Shown in pieces: positions 53,166-64,000 of a DNA stretch of 64,000 nucleotides. Numbering within the stretch: position 1 is the first letter of the stretch; every line of letters starts with the position of its first letter. Source of the stretch: Kudoa neothunni (lineage: Eukaryota; Animalia; Cnidaria); NCBI GenBank assembly GCA_964304625.1, contig OZ199839.1:11190847-11254846 (forward strand). The letters are read 5' to 3'. The notes under the pieces were generated by a model that had not been told where the DNA came from, did not search any database, and worked only from the letters and a program-made list of their open reading frames with translations. The position numbers and the translations under genes are program-made.

Positions 53166-53613
53166 GTACCGTTTTTGAGATCGGTTAGAGGGCTAATCGT
53201 GATGGCTAAAATAAAGTGTTTTGTCTATGCTATCTTCGTAAAATATTCGTCCCCACGTATAGCTTCTTTTAAAAGATTATTCACTTTAGAAAAAATTGGT
53301 GGTATAACAATAGGCAGAGGCTATTGGCATGGCACAATTTAATCCTAAATGACACGTACGCATGCGCATTGAAAATTTATAATTTTAGTAACTCTTACTA
53401 ACAAGTTGTTTATAAATTTAATTTTTCACAATCAGTTATATTTAATTATTCCTGGACCATTGTTACGATCTTTGGGGTCAGAAAAAATTAAATGTGGTCA
53501 AAAACAATGTCATCAGAATATTATTTACCGTGCTAATAACCATTTCCATAAAAATAATAGAATATTGGTTTATTAACTAATATTCGAACTAGTTTTTGTG
53601 GTGGAGGTATGTA

Positions 53614-54154
53614 CAGTCGAAACTAGATTATCTGAAAATTTGGGACCATAAATTTTACTATTTACTGAGTTAAATAGTTCAGCTTTTTCAACTTAAATTT
53701 AAAATATTGGCATATCTATTAATTAAAAATATGGAAACATCAGAGAAAAAACAGTACATGATTGAGGGAGATAAACACGTATACAGAGGAGCAAGCTAAT
53801 TTTTCAAATAACCGATAATTAATGTCTGTTTAATATACATACAGGTATGTGGTCAGATATAATACAAATTTATAAAAGAACTGAATGTTTAATTTAAGTT
53901 TAAAAGAAAAATTCACAACTATTTAACCTAGAAATATTTTTATTTTAAATGTTCCATTGGTATATATTCTACATTGTATATGTCGTACAGTGATAGGTAA
54001 TGCTTTTATCTGGAAATATGATTAAATAGTTCTTCTGGTGTCCAAATAGTCAGTCGAACGTTTGCGTTGGTAGTCATGTAACTTCAATAAAATTCAAACA
54101 AAATCTAAAATATCTTAAGGATAGCGCGATTTCCTAATAATCAAAGTTCGACTG
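53614..54154. mobile_element. pogo/Tigger-type MITE
   Basis: Left TA|CAGTCGAAACTAGATTATCTGAAAAT; right end reverse-complemented CAGTCGAACTTTGATTATTAGGAAAT. Same TIR type as the 26240 element. Confidence 0.65.
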
Positions 54155-54421
54155 CACTTTGATACCCCACAGGGATTTCTTTTAAAACCCAAAAACAGGA
54201 ATGTTAAGTGCATAATCTTTGCCAAATTTTCCCCTCATATTGCATGCAGAGTTAACTTGCTCTAAACTTATGCCAGTTTACAATAGAGAAAACAATTCAG
54301 TTCTCGTTATCTTGTAATATGCATAGCGGATATCCATAGAAAAGGATATGTTAAATATTACATTTAATTTTGTTGTCTCTAAGATACAAAAATTTGCGCA
54401 AACAAATCAACACCAACAAAT

Positions 54422-55747
54422 CTATTCTACACATCCAGGGCAAAAACCCAATGAATTTTTTATATAATCTCTACACAATGTACATATAAACAGTTTGCAG
54501 TTGCCGCATTGATGGAAATTTTTATCGGGCAATAATTTGAATTGACTGTTAACATTACAAAAATGACAATTCAATGCACGATCATCATCATCTCTTTGTA
54601 CGGGGATTATATTGGATAGCTTGTCGCCCAAAGAGTGGCACAACAAATACGACCGAGTGAGATAGGGCGCTTCAACCAACAATAGCGAACAACGATCACA
54701 CTTGGTGGGTAAACTGCAATATTTGGTATAGCACACTGGGCAAAAATAACCACTTTTTGAAGCAAACCCAGGCAATGAATCATCAATCTGATCGCTCCTA
54801 TGACAATTACATAGTACATTGAGATGATTGAATTGAGCATTGTGTTGATTGATGTTAGGGAACCCCAGTTTAATTAATTTTCCATAACTGCTCTTAGCAC
54901 TTGAAGGATTGGAGTTGTGTGAATAATTTTCTACGGTACTTTGGCAATGAAGATGCTCTCCCATGCAAGCAATAAAATGAGATTCATCAAGAATAACGTT
55001 AAAGATCCCATTGGTTTTTGTGACGATTTCTTTAAGCAGATGAAATTCAGCAGCCAAATGCACCGCGGAAACAATAACTTTGTTCTTTGATAGTAGTTCC
55101 ACACTTGAATAAACATCACATGGATCGATTGTTGTAAGACTTGCACACACAAACAACACCTCTTTGGTAGCTCCATCGGAAATGTGTTGAAAACGATCCA
55201 AAGAAAAAGATAGTGCATTTTGAAGTGAAATAGAAGCTCCGATGATAGTCGTAGAAGTTGCGGATTTTAGAGATATTAGATTTTTCAACGCTTCCAACAA
55301 TTTAGATGAACCATTCTGAAAAGGGCACAGCAATTTAGTTCCCGAAGAGTACATTATTGCCAAACCCAGTTGAGATATGGGGTTCTTTTGGAAGAATTTG
55401 CTCACAAAGTCTATCACAACTTTTACCGAACAGAAGAATCTGCTAGGTCTAAGTTCCATACTCAACATCGCTTCGGATCCATCCAAAATAATCATCACAC
55501 ACCTCAAAAGATTATTATTTGGATTCGAGGTCGACGTTGTTGGTTTAAGATACAGATCTGTATAGCTGTTAAATTGATCTGTTGCAATATAATGACTAGT
55601 GAAATCGGAATCGTGTATTAATGAGCCGTCAGAATTTTCCGCTAATGTTTCCCATGGAAGAGCATACTTGTTCATCCAGGTGTAACCAGAATCTTTTATT
55701 ATATTGGAATCAATTTTTTTAATGTCTTCTCCATTTTTCTCTTCCAT
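54422..55747 (-). CDS. GTF2H2: General transcription factor IIH subunit 2 (p44/SSL1), intronless
   Basis: GYTW..KY..PWE.L.E; vWA domain LRCVMIILDGSEAM...LRPSR...FFQKNPISQLG; SLQNAL; SLTTIDP.D; GYFCPVC.TKYCSLPTKC..C.L.L; C-terminal C1-like finger ending CPGC. Confidence 0.97.
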   Translation of the reverse strand: MEEKNGEDIKKIDSNIIKDSGYTWMNKYALPWETLAENSDGSLIHDSDFTSHYIATDQFNSYTDLYLKPTTSTSNPNNNLLRCVMIILDGSEAMLSMELRPSRFFCSVKVVIDFVSKFFQKNPISQLGLAIMYSSGTKLLCPFQNGSSKLLEALKNLISLKSATSTTIIGASISLQNALSFSLDRFQHISDGATKEVLFVCASLTTIDPCDVYSSVELLSKNKVIVSAVHLAAEFHLLKEIVTKTNGIFNVILDESHFIACMGEHLHCQSTVENYSHNSNPSSAKSSYGKLIKLGFPNINQHNAQFNHLNVLCNCHRSDQIDDSLPGFASKSGYFCPVCYTKYCSLPTKCDRCSLLLVEAPYLTRSYLLCHSLGDKLSNIIPVQRDDDDRALNCHFCNVNSQFKLLPDKNFHQCGNCKLFICTLCRDYIKNSLGFCPGCVE

Positions 55748-56499
55748 AACCGCTTGAACACCACGATTTAATAAACACAGTCCGCAGCTTCGCACGGATA
55801 ATGTTAGACGCGAAGCTACCGTCTAACATCGTAAGTATTCGTAGACTTACAAGATATAATTTCAGCCAAGTATTTTCTCTTTCAAGCATTTTTTTATAAT
55901 ATTTTTTAGAAAATTATTTAATATAATTATATAAATTAAACTGCGCGACTGAAAACACAAACTGTCATTGCCGTAAATTTTAATGTTCGAGGAGTACCAA
56001 TGACGATGGAACTGACCAAAGAATTAATTTATTATATTAATTTAACATTTGATAGAGAATTAAAAAAATACAATTGTTCAATTTTTTTGTCTATAATCAT
56101 TCATAATTTTTAAAATTTAAAAATTACAACAGACCATCTTTTAAATAATTAATTAATTAAATTGATTAATTATTTTTGTTTGTTTGTTTGTAAATTATAA
56201 TATTTCATTTAAATAGATTTTGAAAATATAATGCTACAATATTTTTATATATAATAATTTTATAGACCTCCGTTGGTGACTAAATATTTGCGTTATGAGG
56301 AAATTTTACGTTAAACGTCATTGACAGTATAATTTGAATACTTTAGAATTTTTAAATCATTAATATATGTATTCAGCAGGAAATCGACTTTTCGTACTTT
56401 TAAACTTCTCATTTCTCGTTTACTCTGGAAGTTTCTGTAATAGTAAAGATTTAATATTAGAATATCGTATTAAAATTTAGTTTAAAAAAGTTTACAAAT

Positions 56500-58200
56500 A
56501 AAGAAAAAATGGCGAAAATACGAAAAAATCCATCATTGCGGATTTTTCGTAGTTTTGAGATGGCAGAAAAAAAATAAAAAATTCATAATTATCAAGGAAA
56601 AATTTGAAATAATCGAATTCAACATTTGCCTAATAAGGGAGCGAAGGTTGCTACTGTTCGACATTTTAAAACTTCCAACAGGTTCAACATTGGATGGCAT
56701 TCTTCATAAGAGGGAGGAGGTCGTGACATCATTTAAAGGTGGATTACCTTTACCTTTACCGAAAAGAAAAGAAAAAAATATGATATATGGTGGCAACAAA
56801 GAGCTTGATTCTGAAATTTTTTAGTGAAATAATTCGATGCGCTCTATAAAATAAAGCTATATTCTATTGATATGGATAATAAATGAGAGGATTGCGTTCA
56901 AATGACTTGTGTGTGGATTCACCAATAAACGAAGGTTTAAGTTTAAGGGGTTTTAATTAAGATTCAATCTAAAATGGCAAAAATATCATGATGATTCTTG
57001 TTCTGTTGACAACGAAAAAATTAAAAAATGGAATCCGATGTTATTAGGTATAATAGAGGACAACTCACCCGATTGTGTTTTGTAACTCGACGAAACTGCG
57101 TTATACTATCAGCAACACGAGCTGAAATGTTTGTTTGCTTTATTTTAGATAAGAGCTATACCGCAACTAAGGAGAATTCCTATAACCGAATAAAAAAAGA
57201 GAAAAAAGGATATAAATCATCTTTGGTGCTTTCCTCTCTGGTAAGAAACTTGATCCACTGATTATTCGGCATCCTGCTAGACCGAGATGCTCCAAAAATG
57301 TTAAAAATCTTCCATTAAAGTATGAGTGCCGCAAAAAACACTAATGGCTGATGATATAATTATAAAATATATAACTGTTATAAATAAGTTTTTTAATATA
57401 ATACAATAAAATAGTTTTGTTACTCAACAATGCAATTTCTAATTTTCATAACGATCTGAACCCTATAAAAATGGGGTTTCTTTCTCAAAATACGATATGC
57501 GTGTTGCGATCTCCAGATTAGGGTATTATCCAATCGTTCAAAGAAGTGTATAAACGAGAAATCATAGAAAAGTTCCTGATATTTATTTACAGAAGCTGAC
57601 TCTCTCCCAATTTTCCCAGGTTTTCTGGAATCTATGATTTTAACTAAAGAAACGTGTAAGTCTGTTAGCAATAAGACAATATTAAATTGTTCTAAAGTTG
57701 AATTTTCTTCTGCTAACGATAAAGATATAAATAATTAAGTTAAACTCCATGAAATGATAAAAATGATGCGGAAATTGACGAGATGATCATAGAGGAAAAC
57801 GATAATTTTCTATAGATAGTGAAGATTCAGTTAACTTATAGCATAACATAGAATAAGTAAAAGAGTCATTATTATAGCGAATAGATACTCACTGAATAAA
57901 TGCATCAATATGACTCAATACTATATAGGTCATTAGTGGTTCAACAGAGCCGCCGATCTCTGTTTAATGTACGCGTAGTATTGTTACAATTGATGATGAT
58001 GATGATATATCCTAAGATTTACGAATCAAAGATATTCCCTCGAAAGAGATTACAGAATCAATTCAAAAGATTTGAAGTTTCATAATGCGTAATGCGATTG
58101 ATGAGTACAACTTGGTGATGGAGCTGGAAAGTTTTTTTTTTCAAATGTATTATTCAAAAAAACTTAGCCAACCTAAGATAACTGATTGTTTCCATAAAGG
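56500..58200 (+). pseudogene. pogo/Tigger (CENP-B HTH plus DDE_1) transposase remnant
   Basis: Fragments KEKFEII, DETALYY (about 57090), SGKKLDPLIIRHPARPRC (about 57240), D*GIIQSFK (about 57515) and C-terminal QPKITDCF (about 58170). Many stops. Confidence 0.75.
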
Positions 58201-59119
58201 CGATTCTTAATGTCGCTTATCAGTTACTTTTTGGTTTATAATAGCATTTATTCGTTAATATTTATCCAAATTGATAATACTTGATGAGATAAGATAAAAA
58301 ATTCTTATCAGCATTCCCTATCGTTGCAGTATTTTAATTCAAAAATCACTTAACTCAAAATTTACAACAGAATAAATTTTTAATTCATCATAAATATGAA
58401 ACTATAAATAAAATTTATACATAAAATAAATAAGATTTTGAAATAAATGTTAAACATCAATTAAAATAAAAAAAATTAAATTTACACATATCAGCAAAAT
58501 GATTAAACAGGTTTATTTTTTATATTTAATTACTTATGTTAAATTAATCAGAAAATGTGATGAATTTTAATGAGAAACCAGTTTAATCACTCCTATAACT
58601 ATCATAATTTTGATACGCGCATGCTCCAAAAGTAATACCAAAAATCGATTGTCTACTGTATAAGAGTAATAAATGAATTGGATTCATTTTTTTGATAAAA
58701 TTTTAATTTATTGTGAAAATAAGAATATTTAAACGCATACTTTAAAAGAATTGTTGAATATTGCTAACAAAGAATTTAATTATTACAATTAGGGATATAT
58801 TCAATTTATGGTATTTTTATTATTTGGTTGATTCGTATTACAATGACGGACCAGTCGTACGTGCCTTAGCTATTTAACAAATAAAATGGTTCTATCATAT
58901 TTAAAATGATTTCAAAGATTCTTTAATTTGAGGAATACTCGTTTTAAATAAAATATAAGCATAATTAATAAAAAAAATAATGTCACGTGAGGATCGGTCA
59001 TAAGTACCTTTTTGCTTTGACCGCTTGATTAGATTAAGCGTTTTTCTTTCATTTTTTACCTGGGTTAAACAATTAATAAGTTTTTATAGTCACATAAATG
59101 TAGTAGCTAGTTTAAAAAT

Positions 59120-59500
59120 GAAGGATAAACATACACACATCTTACTGATATATAATAGAGTGGTTTATAACGGTGTCCTCCCTAATTCACAGGAATAACA
59201 ATGGCACAATGTCATTCGCTCCCCAATAATTTAGAAATGGAAGATGATATTATTTTTAAAGAATTAGGCCTTTCAATTATGGTCTTATTTTATTTGGAAG
59301 AGTTTAGCAAATATTTTAAACATCATGGCTCAAAGAAGTGGGTGTTAATGTCTGATTCTATTTCGGCTGTTTGCTCGATTTTAAATCGCTTTTAAAAATC
59401 GCATTAAAAAAGCTATTTTTTCAATAATATTTACGCCATAGCTAGCTTTGTGTTTTAAATCTTTGTGCGTATGCGCAAACACCACGCTATCCTGCCGAGA
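59120..59500 (+). mobile_element. Decayed non-LTR retrotransposon RNase H fragment
   Basis: HSLPNN...IFKEL..SI...L followed by WVLMSDSISAVCSI, resembling the LP...SIF.AEL.AI and IFSDS.SAL.SI RNase H motifs of I-group LINEs. Confidence 0.4.
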
Positions 59501-61668
59501 CCAGTGGTACGTGCAATTTCCTTATCCTCAAGGGGATTACATACGACCAACCCATGACTGTATTATCATAAACAACAGATATCAATATTCAATCATTGCG
59601 AGCACATACAATTTTTTAATTTAGCGTTAAGTAATATGACTCAACTTTACAGATCTTTTTGGTTAGGGGTAAATAAAACTAGCAAAAAATTCATAATTTA
59701 TTGAAATAATTAAATTATATTATTTAGTCTTTACATTGTAAGAAACCATCAAAATGTAACCTAAAAAGTTTAGTCTTGGGCGTTTAATTTGCGTAATGGG
59801 CTATTGGTACGGTAAATAATATTCTGCGGTCGCTCTTTTTGATTACATATAATTATTTCTGGGCCCAATGAGTAAAGTGGTGGACCATCTAAGATCAAAT
59901 ATAACAAATTCTAAAAAATTAGATCAGAATAAAGTCTGTGAATAAGAATGGTTGGAATCAAAAATTTCTATTGCTTAAACGCATATGCCGTTTAGGATTA
60001 AAATTTACTGTGTCGGTAACTTCTTCCTTTAAAGTTTAAACATTTTTATTTGAAAATGTGAATGACTGGTTAGGGAAACATTTATTGAGAGGATCGATTT
60101 TAAAACTTAGATTTTTTAGTTATGTATATCGAAGTAACCTTTATTTATTAATATCTGTAATATTTAATAAACAAACAAACAAATAAATAAAATTAATTAA
60201 TTAATTTTAAGATATTAAAATTTATATCGTTTTTACAACGTTTGTGAAAAAATTTTTAATAAATTCAAAACATTAAAAATGATATGTATTATTAGATGAT
60301 GTGAATTTTAACTAGCCTTTTAATTTACAATGATATTAGTAAAAAGTATACAGATTGAAACAATATAAATCCGGTGTAAAATTAACCTATAAAATAAAAA
60401 ATAGGTTTATATATAATAAGATAGATCTCAATTCTCATTATGGGTAAAAGATCTCATTTATATTAGTAGAAAAAATTAAGGTATTTCGGTAACTTTCTTA
60501 ATATAATAGATGTAGATTACTCCCTCCGAATAAATTGTGAAACTTTCATATAGTAAATAATATGATTGGAGTATATCATATTAATTATAAACGATATTAA
60601 ATATTATAAATTCTAATATTTTATAAGAACATTTTTAAAAAGTTGAATCTTTTGAAAGCATATAACATTTTAAAAAATGGCGAAAGTGAGGTTAAATGTA
60701 AATGCTGGTAAATTATGGCGAACTTAAAAAATAATATATAGGGATGTGTGATCCTTTGCTTGTTTGACGTTAAGTTTATTCTAAGAGGGTAATGAGAGAG
60801 AACTTGATTCATTAAATGGATGTTACATTTGTGGCATGGATCACAGCTGGACTCCTTTGTATAATTTTTACGACCACCGAAATAACGTGTCAGGCGTGAC
60901 CTTCGTCCATCATTTTCCACATAATCTTGGCGCCTAACTACATAAAATTCGAAATCCAATAAATTATTTCGAATAATTAAATTTAAATTAGCCTATATGA
61001 AAAAAAAGAAGAACATGAATAGTGTTATTTAAATTACCCATGATCACCAAAGAGCCACACCCAATAAATATATTGAGAATCAACATGAGTAATGATAATA
61101 ACTATGAGATGGCAACAATTTTTTAAAATTAAGTGGATAGGATTATTTTTGTTCACGTCCTATCGATTTTATGTATTCAAGCTATATAAAACGCATTCAC
61201 TAGAATTCCATCGAACGCGATTAAACGAGTGAGAATTTTAATAAATTTTTAGGAAAAAAATAAATTATTGTTTTTACTTTTTTATCTAATTGAAAAGTCA
61301 TCACCAAATTTTATAATGCGTACCAAAGAGTAGTTAAACAATTAATTACACATGTGCGGGTTAAAATTTTAATTCTTCAATATTAAAATTAATCTTAAAT
61401 CATGGGTGTACTCCTGATTTAAAGTCATTGTTCAATTCCCATCTGTCAAAATTGGGTAACACGTAATTATTTAATGGAATATTTTGAATAAAATTAATTT
61501 TTGAATATTCTCCTCTTTTTGTATTGCAAATGGAATATTTTAATAAGAATCTCATTTATCTAAATATATAATAGTTATCAAGCCGAAAATTAGTTATTAT
61601 TTTAATTTACAGGCGACGATCTATAATTATCATTAGGAGATTAATTTGACAAGATCTGCTGTGTTGTG

Positions 61669-64000
61669 ATGAACTTCTATCCGGGAATTTTTCAGATCCT
61701 CTGCTGTGAGTTAAATTTAATAAAAAATGTTTGTTGAATGTGTCGTAGGGAAACTAACCTTTCTGGTTTCAATAACTAGGATAGATAGTGTTCGTGATGC
61801 TACATACAACGTTAAGAAAGACCGTACTGGAGATTGGAAACTCCATTTTCAGTTGAGTGGCACCGAATACAATGGTAAAAAATGCAATATTAAAAGGTAT
61901 GACAAAGTTCGAAGTGCCTATGAACATATCGCACCATGCGAGTCACCCGGAGTGGATGTCAGCGGTAACTGTATTAGACAGTGTGATACTGAACTCGTTA
62001 ATGGTTTGACTGTATTTTCTGCAAGCACAAAATATGTGGAGATTTTCCATGGAGATAATCAAGATTTGGTTGCCGCGAAAACCAATGACGGAAATGTATA
62101 TGGATTTCAGCCGCGTAAATACATTGGCATAGATTAATAATAATGTTATTATTAGAATTGTTGGTGGATCCAATTGTGAAAGTATCTAATTCAAATAATC
62201 AATTAAAATTTGTCACAAAAACATGCCCAGCTGTTAACTGTCCCGTTTATCATAACAACGTGAAGTATGAGGATGGCACAGCAGCGCCTGGCGGATGCAT
62301 GTCGGAGAGCGCGGGTAGCGAGGTTGAATTCGATATGTTTATTGTTGATTACGAAATACAATGCGAAGAATATCCAAGCTTCTTCTATTATTTACACAAT
62401 AAATACACGTTAGAGAATACCGAGTTTTTTAAGCCACACTATTACGTGAGTTACAAGCAGACTGAGCGTAACAAACTAATTCTGAAGTTTAACAAAATAT
62501 TTTCCTCTGATATATGTCTTTTCAGTGTTAAACATGGGGAAACTGCAATAACGGCACATTCATCTAACGATTACGAATCGAAATGCGGTGGTACTAGTGA
62601 TGAGAGTTGTTATGCACCATGTAAAAATGTTGTATTGAACATAGCGAGTTTTAAACCATTCGTCGAAATACTGATTCAAACCAGGTATCACTCTTTAGTT
62701 AAAGATGAACGGAAGTCTTCTAACTTTTACGAAGGATATGTATCGAAAAAATTCGGTATTATTAATTACATTAACTAGTTTTAATAACTGTTCACTTAGC
62801 CGTTGCTGGAGCTGACGATGGCACCGATGATTTAGTGAGAAATGAAGTGGCTGAAGGTTTTGAACTAAATGTACCTTTGTTTAAACCATTATGGTCCGTT
62901 AATCCTAAATTTGGAACTTGTGTGGTCAAATACTATGAAGCAAACAAGTTAAACCCTGATAAAATTAGAGCTCAGTGTGGAGCGTCACCAGCTAATTGCG
63001 TTACTGATTGTGAGGATCCGTTAGCTATAAAAACAACTAACAGAAGGAAAATCATATATATTTGAAATAGAGACAGATGGCACAGGTAGTTTGCCTGATC
63101 AATTCTATGAGAAGATATTCTATAGATGGTGTAATTATTTTAAAGTTTGATCAATAGATTAATTCTTTTATCACAAGCGGAACAATCGATTACTGCTAGT
63201 ATAAGTAAAACGGCAACACAAAGGGGTATAAATCTAGCTGCCTCTTCTGGTGCTCCTATAACAAAGACAAGCGTTAAATGTGCCATATATATAAGTCGAG
63301 CTGAAGAGGACACATATAGACTTGCCACGTGTGGTACACATCCCTGCATAGGTTTTCTCGAACAAGAATTTGGGATCACTGAATTAATTCCTGGAAACCC
63401 ATATAAAATTAAAATTTTCCCTGAAAACCAGTTCGAGATAACAGATGTCGCTTCCACTGAAACTGGTACTTTAATTTTATTCTTATGAGTAAAATAAGTG
63501 TACGAATAGAATATTACACAATTAGTCTCGCTAAGACAGCCGTTGAAGGGGGGTTTACTTTGGCTGCTACTTTCCAACCGAATGACGCATATAGCAGCAA
63601 GGCGCTCTGCTATTACGACATTAAAGTTAAACTAGCAGGTGGAAACAAATTATTATATAAGTGTCCATCACCATTCGTACAAACTGATGATTTAAAAGAC
63701 GAACCCATTACTCCTCCTACCTCGGAAGTAGAAACCCTTGATAACCTACTTGATGTGAAAGCTGCGTCATTATATTCTGCAGAGCCATGCGATTCACCAT
63801 CACTCTGCTCTAATATACCATTTATAGACTTTTATGATTATCTGTACGATTATCAAGTAACTGTTACTGGGTTCCTTATGTCTCAAGCGACACAAATCGA
63901 TATTCCGAAAGGTACCCTTTTTGAGATCGTGTTAGCATTTTATAAATAAATTTTATATTCGTATTTTGGATAAATTATATAAAATTAGAAGCAACTATTA
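61669..64000 (+). CDS. Uncharacterised Cys-rich surface protein, family copy 4 (divergent, 3' end outside window)
   Basis: ATG 61669 MNFYPGIFQILC|WKLTFLVSI with a phase-1 intron. Exon 3 EIQCEEYPSFFY...TERNKLILKF...DICLF...KCGG...CYAPCKNVVL...PFVEI aligns with copy 1 EIDCDYSPKYLY...SETNKILVHF...SICVF...GCGE...CISVCSDVFL...PFINL. FN3-like exon CIGFLEQEFGITELIPGNPYKIKI. Confidence 0.8.

Noticed and set aside
56135-60212. Apparent inverted repeat of (TTAA)n plus (GTTT)n at about 56140-56195 and 60160-60212
   Set aside because: Low-complexity sequence and the similarity does not extend into the flanks.
63140-63577. 145-aa minus-strand ORF with a hydrophobic end
   Set aside because: Antisense to the FN3-like exon of family copy 4, whose plus-strand homology is clear.
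1-64000. CRISPR arrays, rRNA, tRNA or prokaryotic operons
   Set aside because: None seen by eye; the genes are spliceosomal-intron eukaryotic genes. tRNAscan-SE or Infernal would be needed to formally exclude small RNAs.

Overview
Very AT-rich eukaryotic DNA (roughly 70-75% AT by eye) with canonical GT-AG introns of only about 39-55 nt. It looks like a compact, fast-evolving animal genome (myxozoan, orthonectid or dicyemid-like; this is inference and the taxon cannot be fixed from the window). Recognisable housekeeping genes are TSR1, two TLDc/OXR1-like genes, ribophorin II (RPN2), ZNF830, TFIIH p44 (GTF2H2/SSL1) and a very divergent TraB-domain gene. Between them lie decayed transposons: Tc1/IS630, Merlin, piggyBac (one with intact TIRs and TTAA), pogo/Tigger, MITEs and Helitron-like elements. 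The main novelty is a family of four highly diverged paralogues that I do not recognise: three in tandem on the minus strand at 11.8-23.6 kb and one on the plus strand from 61.7 kb. Manual splicing gives about 650-700 aa type I membrane proteins with a signal peptide, repeated C-x17-22-C-x6-10-C-x3-C modules, an FN3-like domain, a TM helix and a short tail, with ectodomain modules bounded by phase-1 introns. This is a candidate variable surface-antigen or receptor system; one copy is frameshifted in an A8 run and another has a swapped module exon. Splice models were built by hand and are untested.
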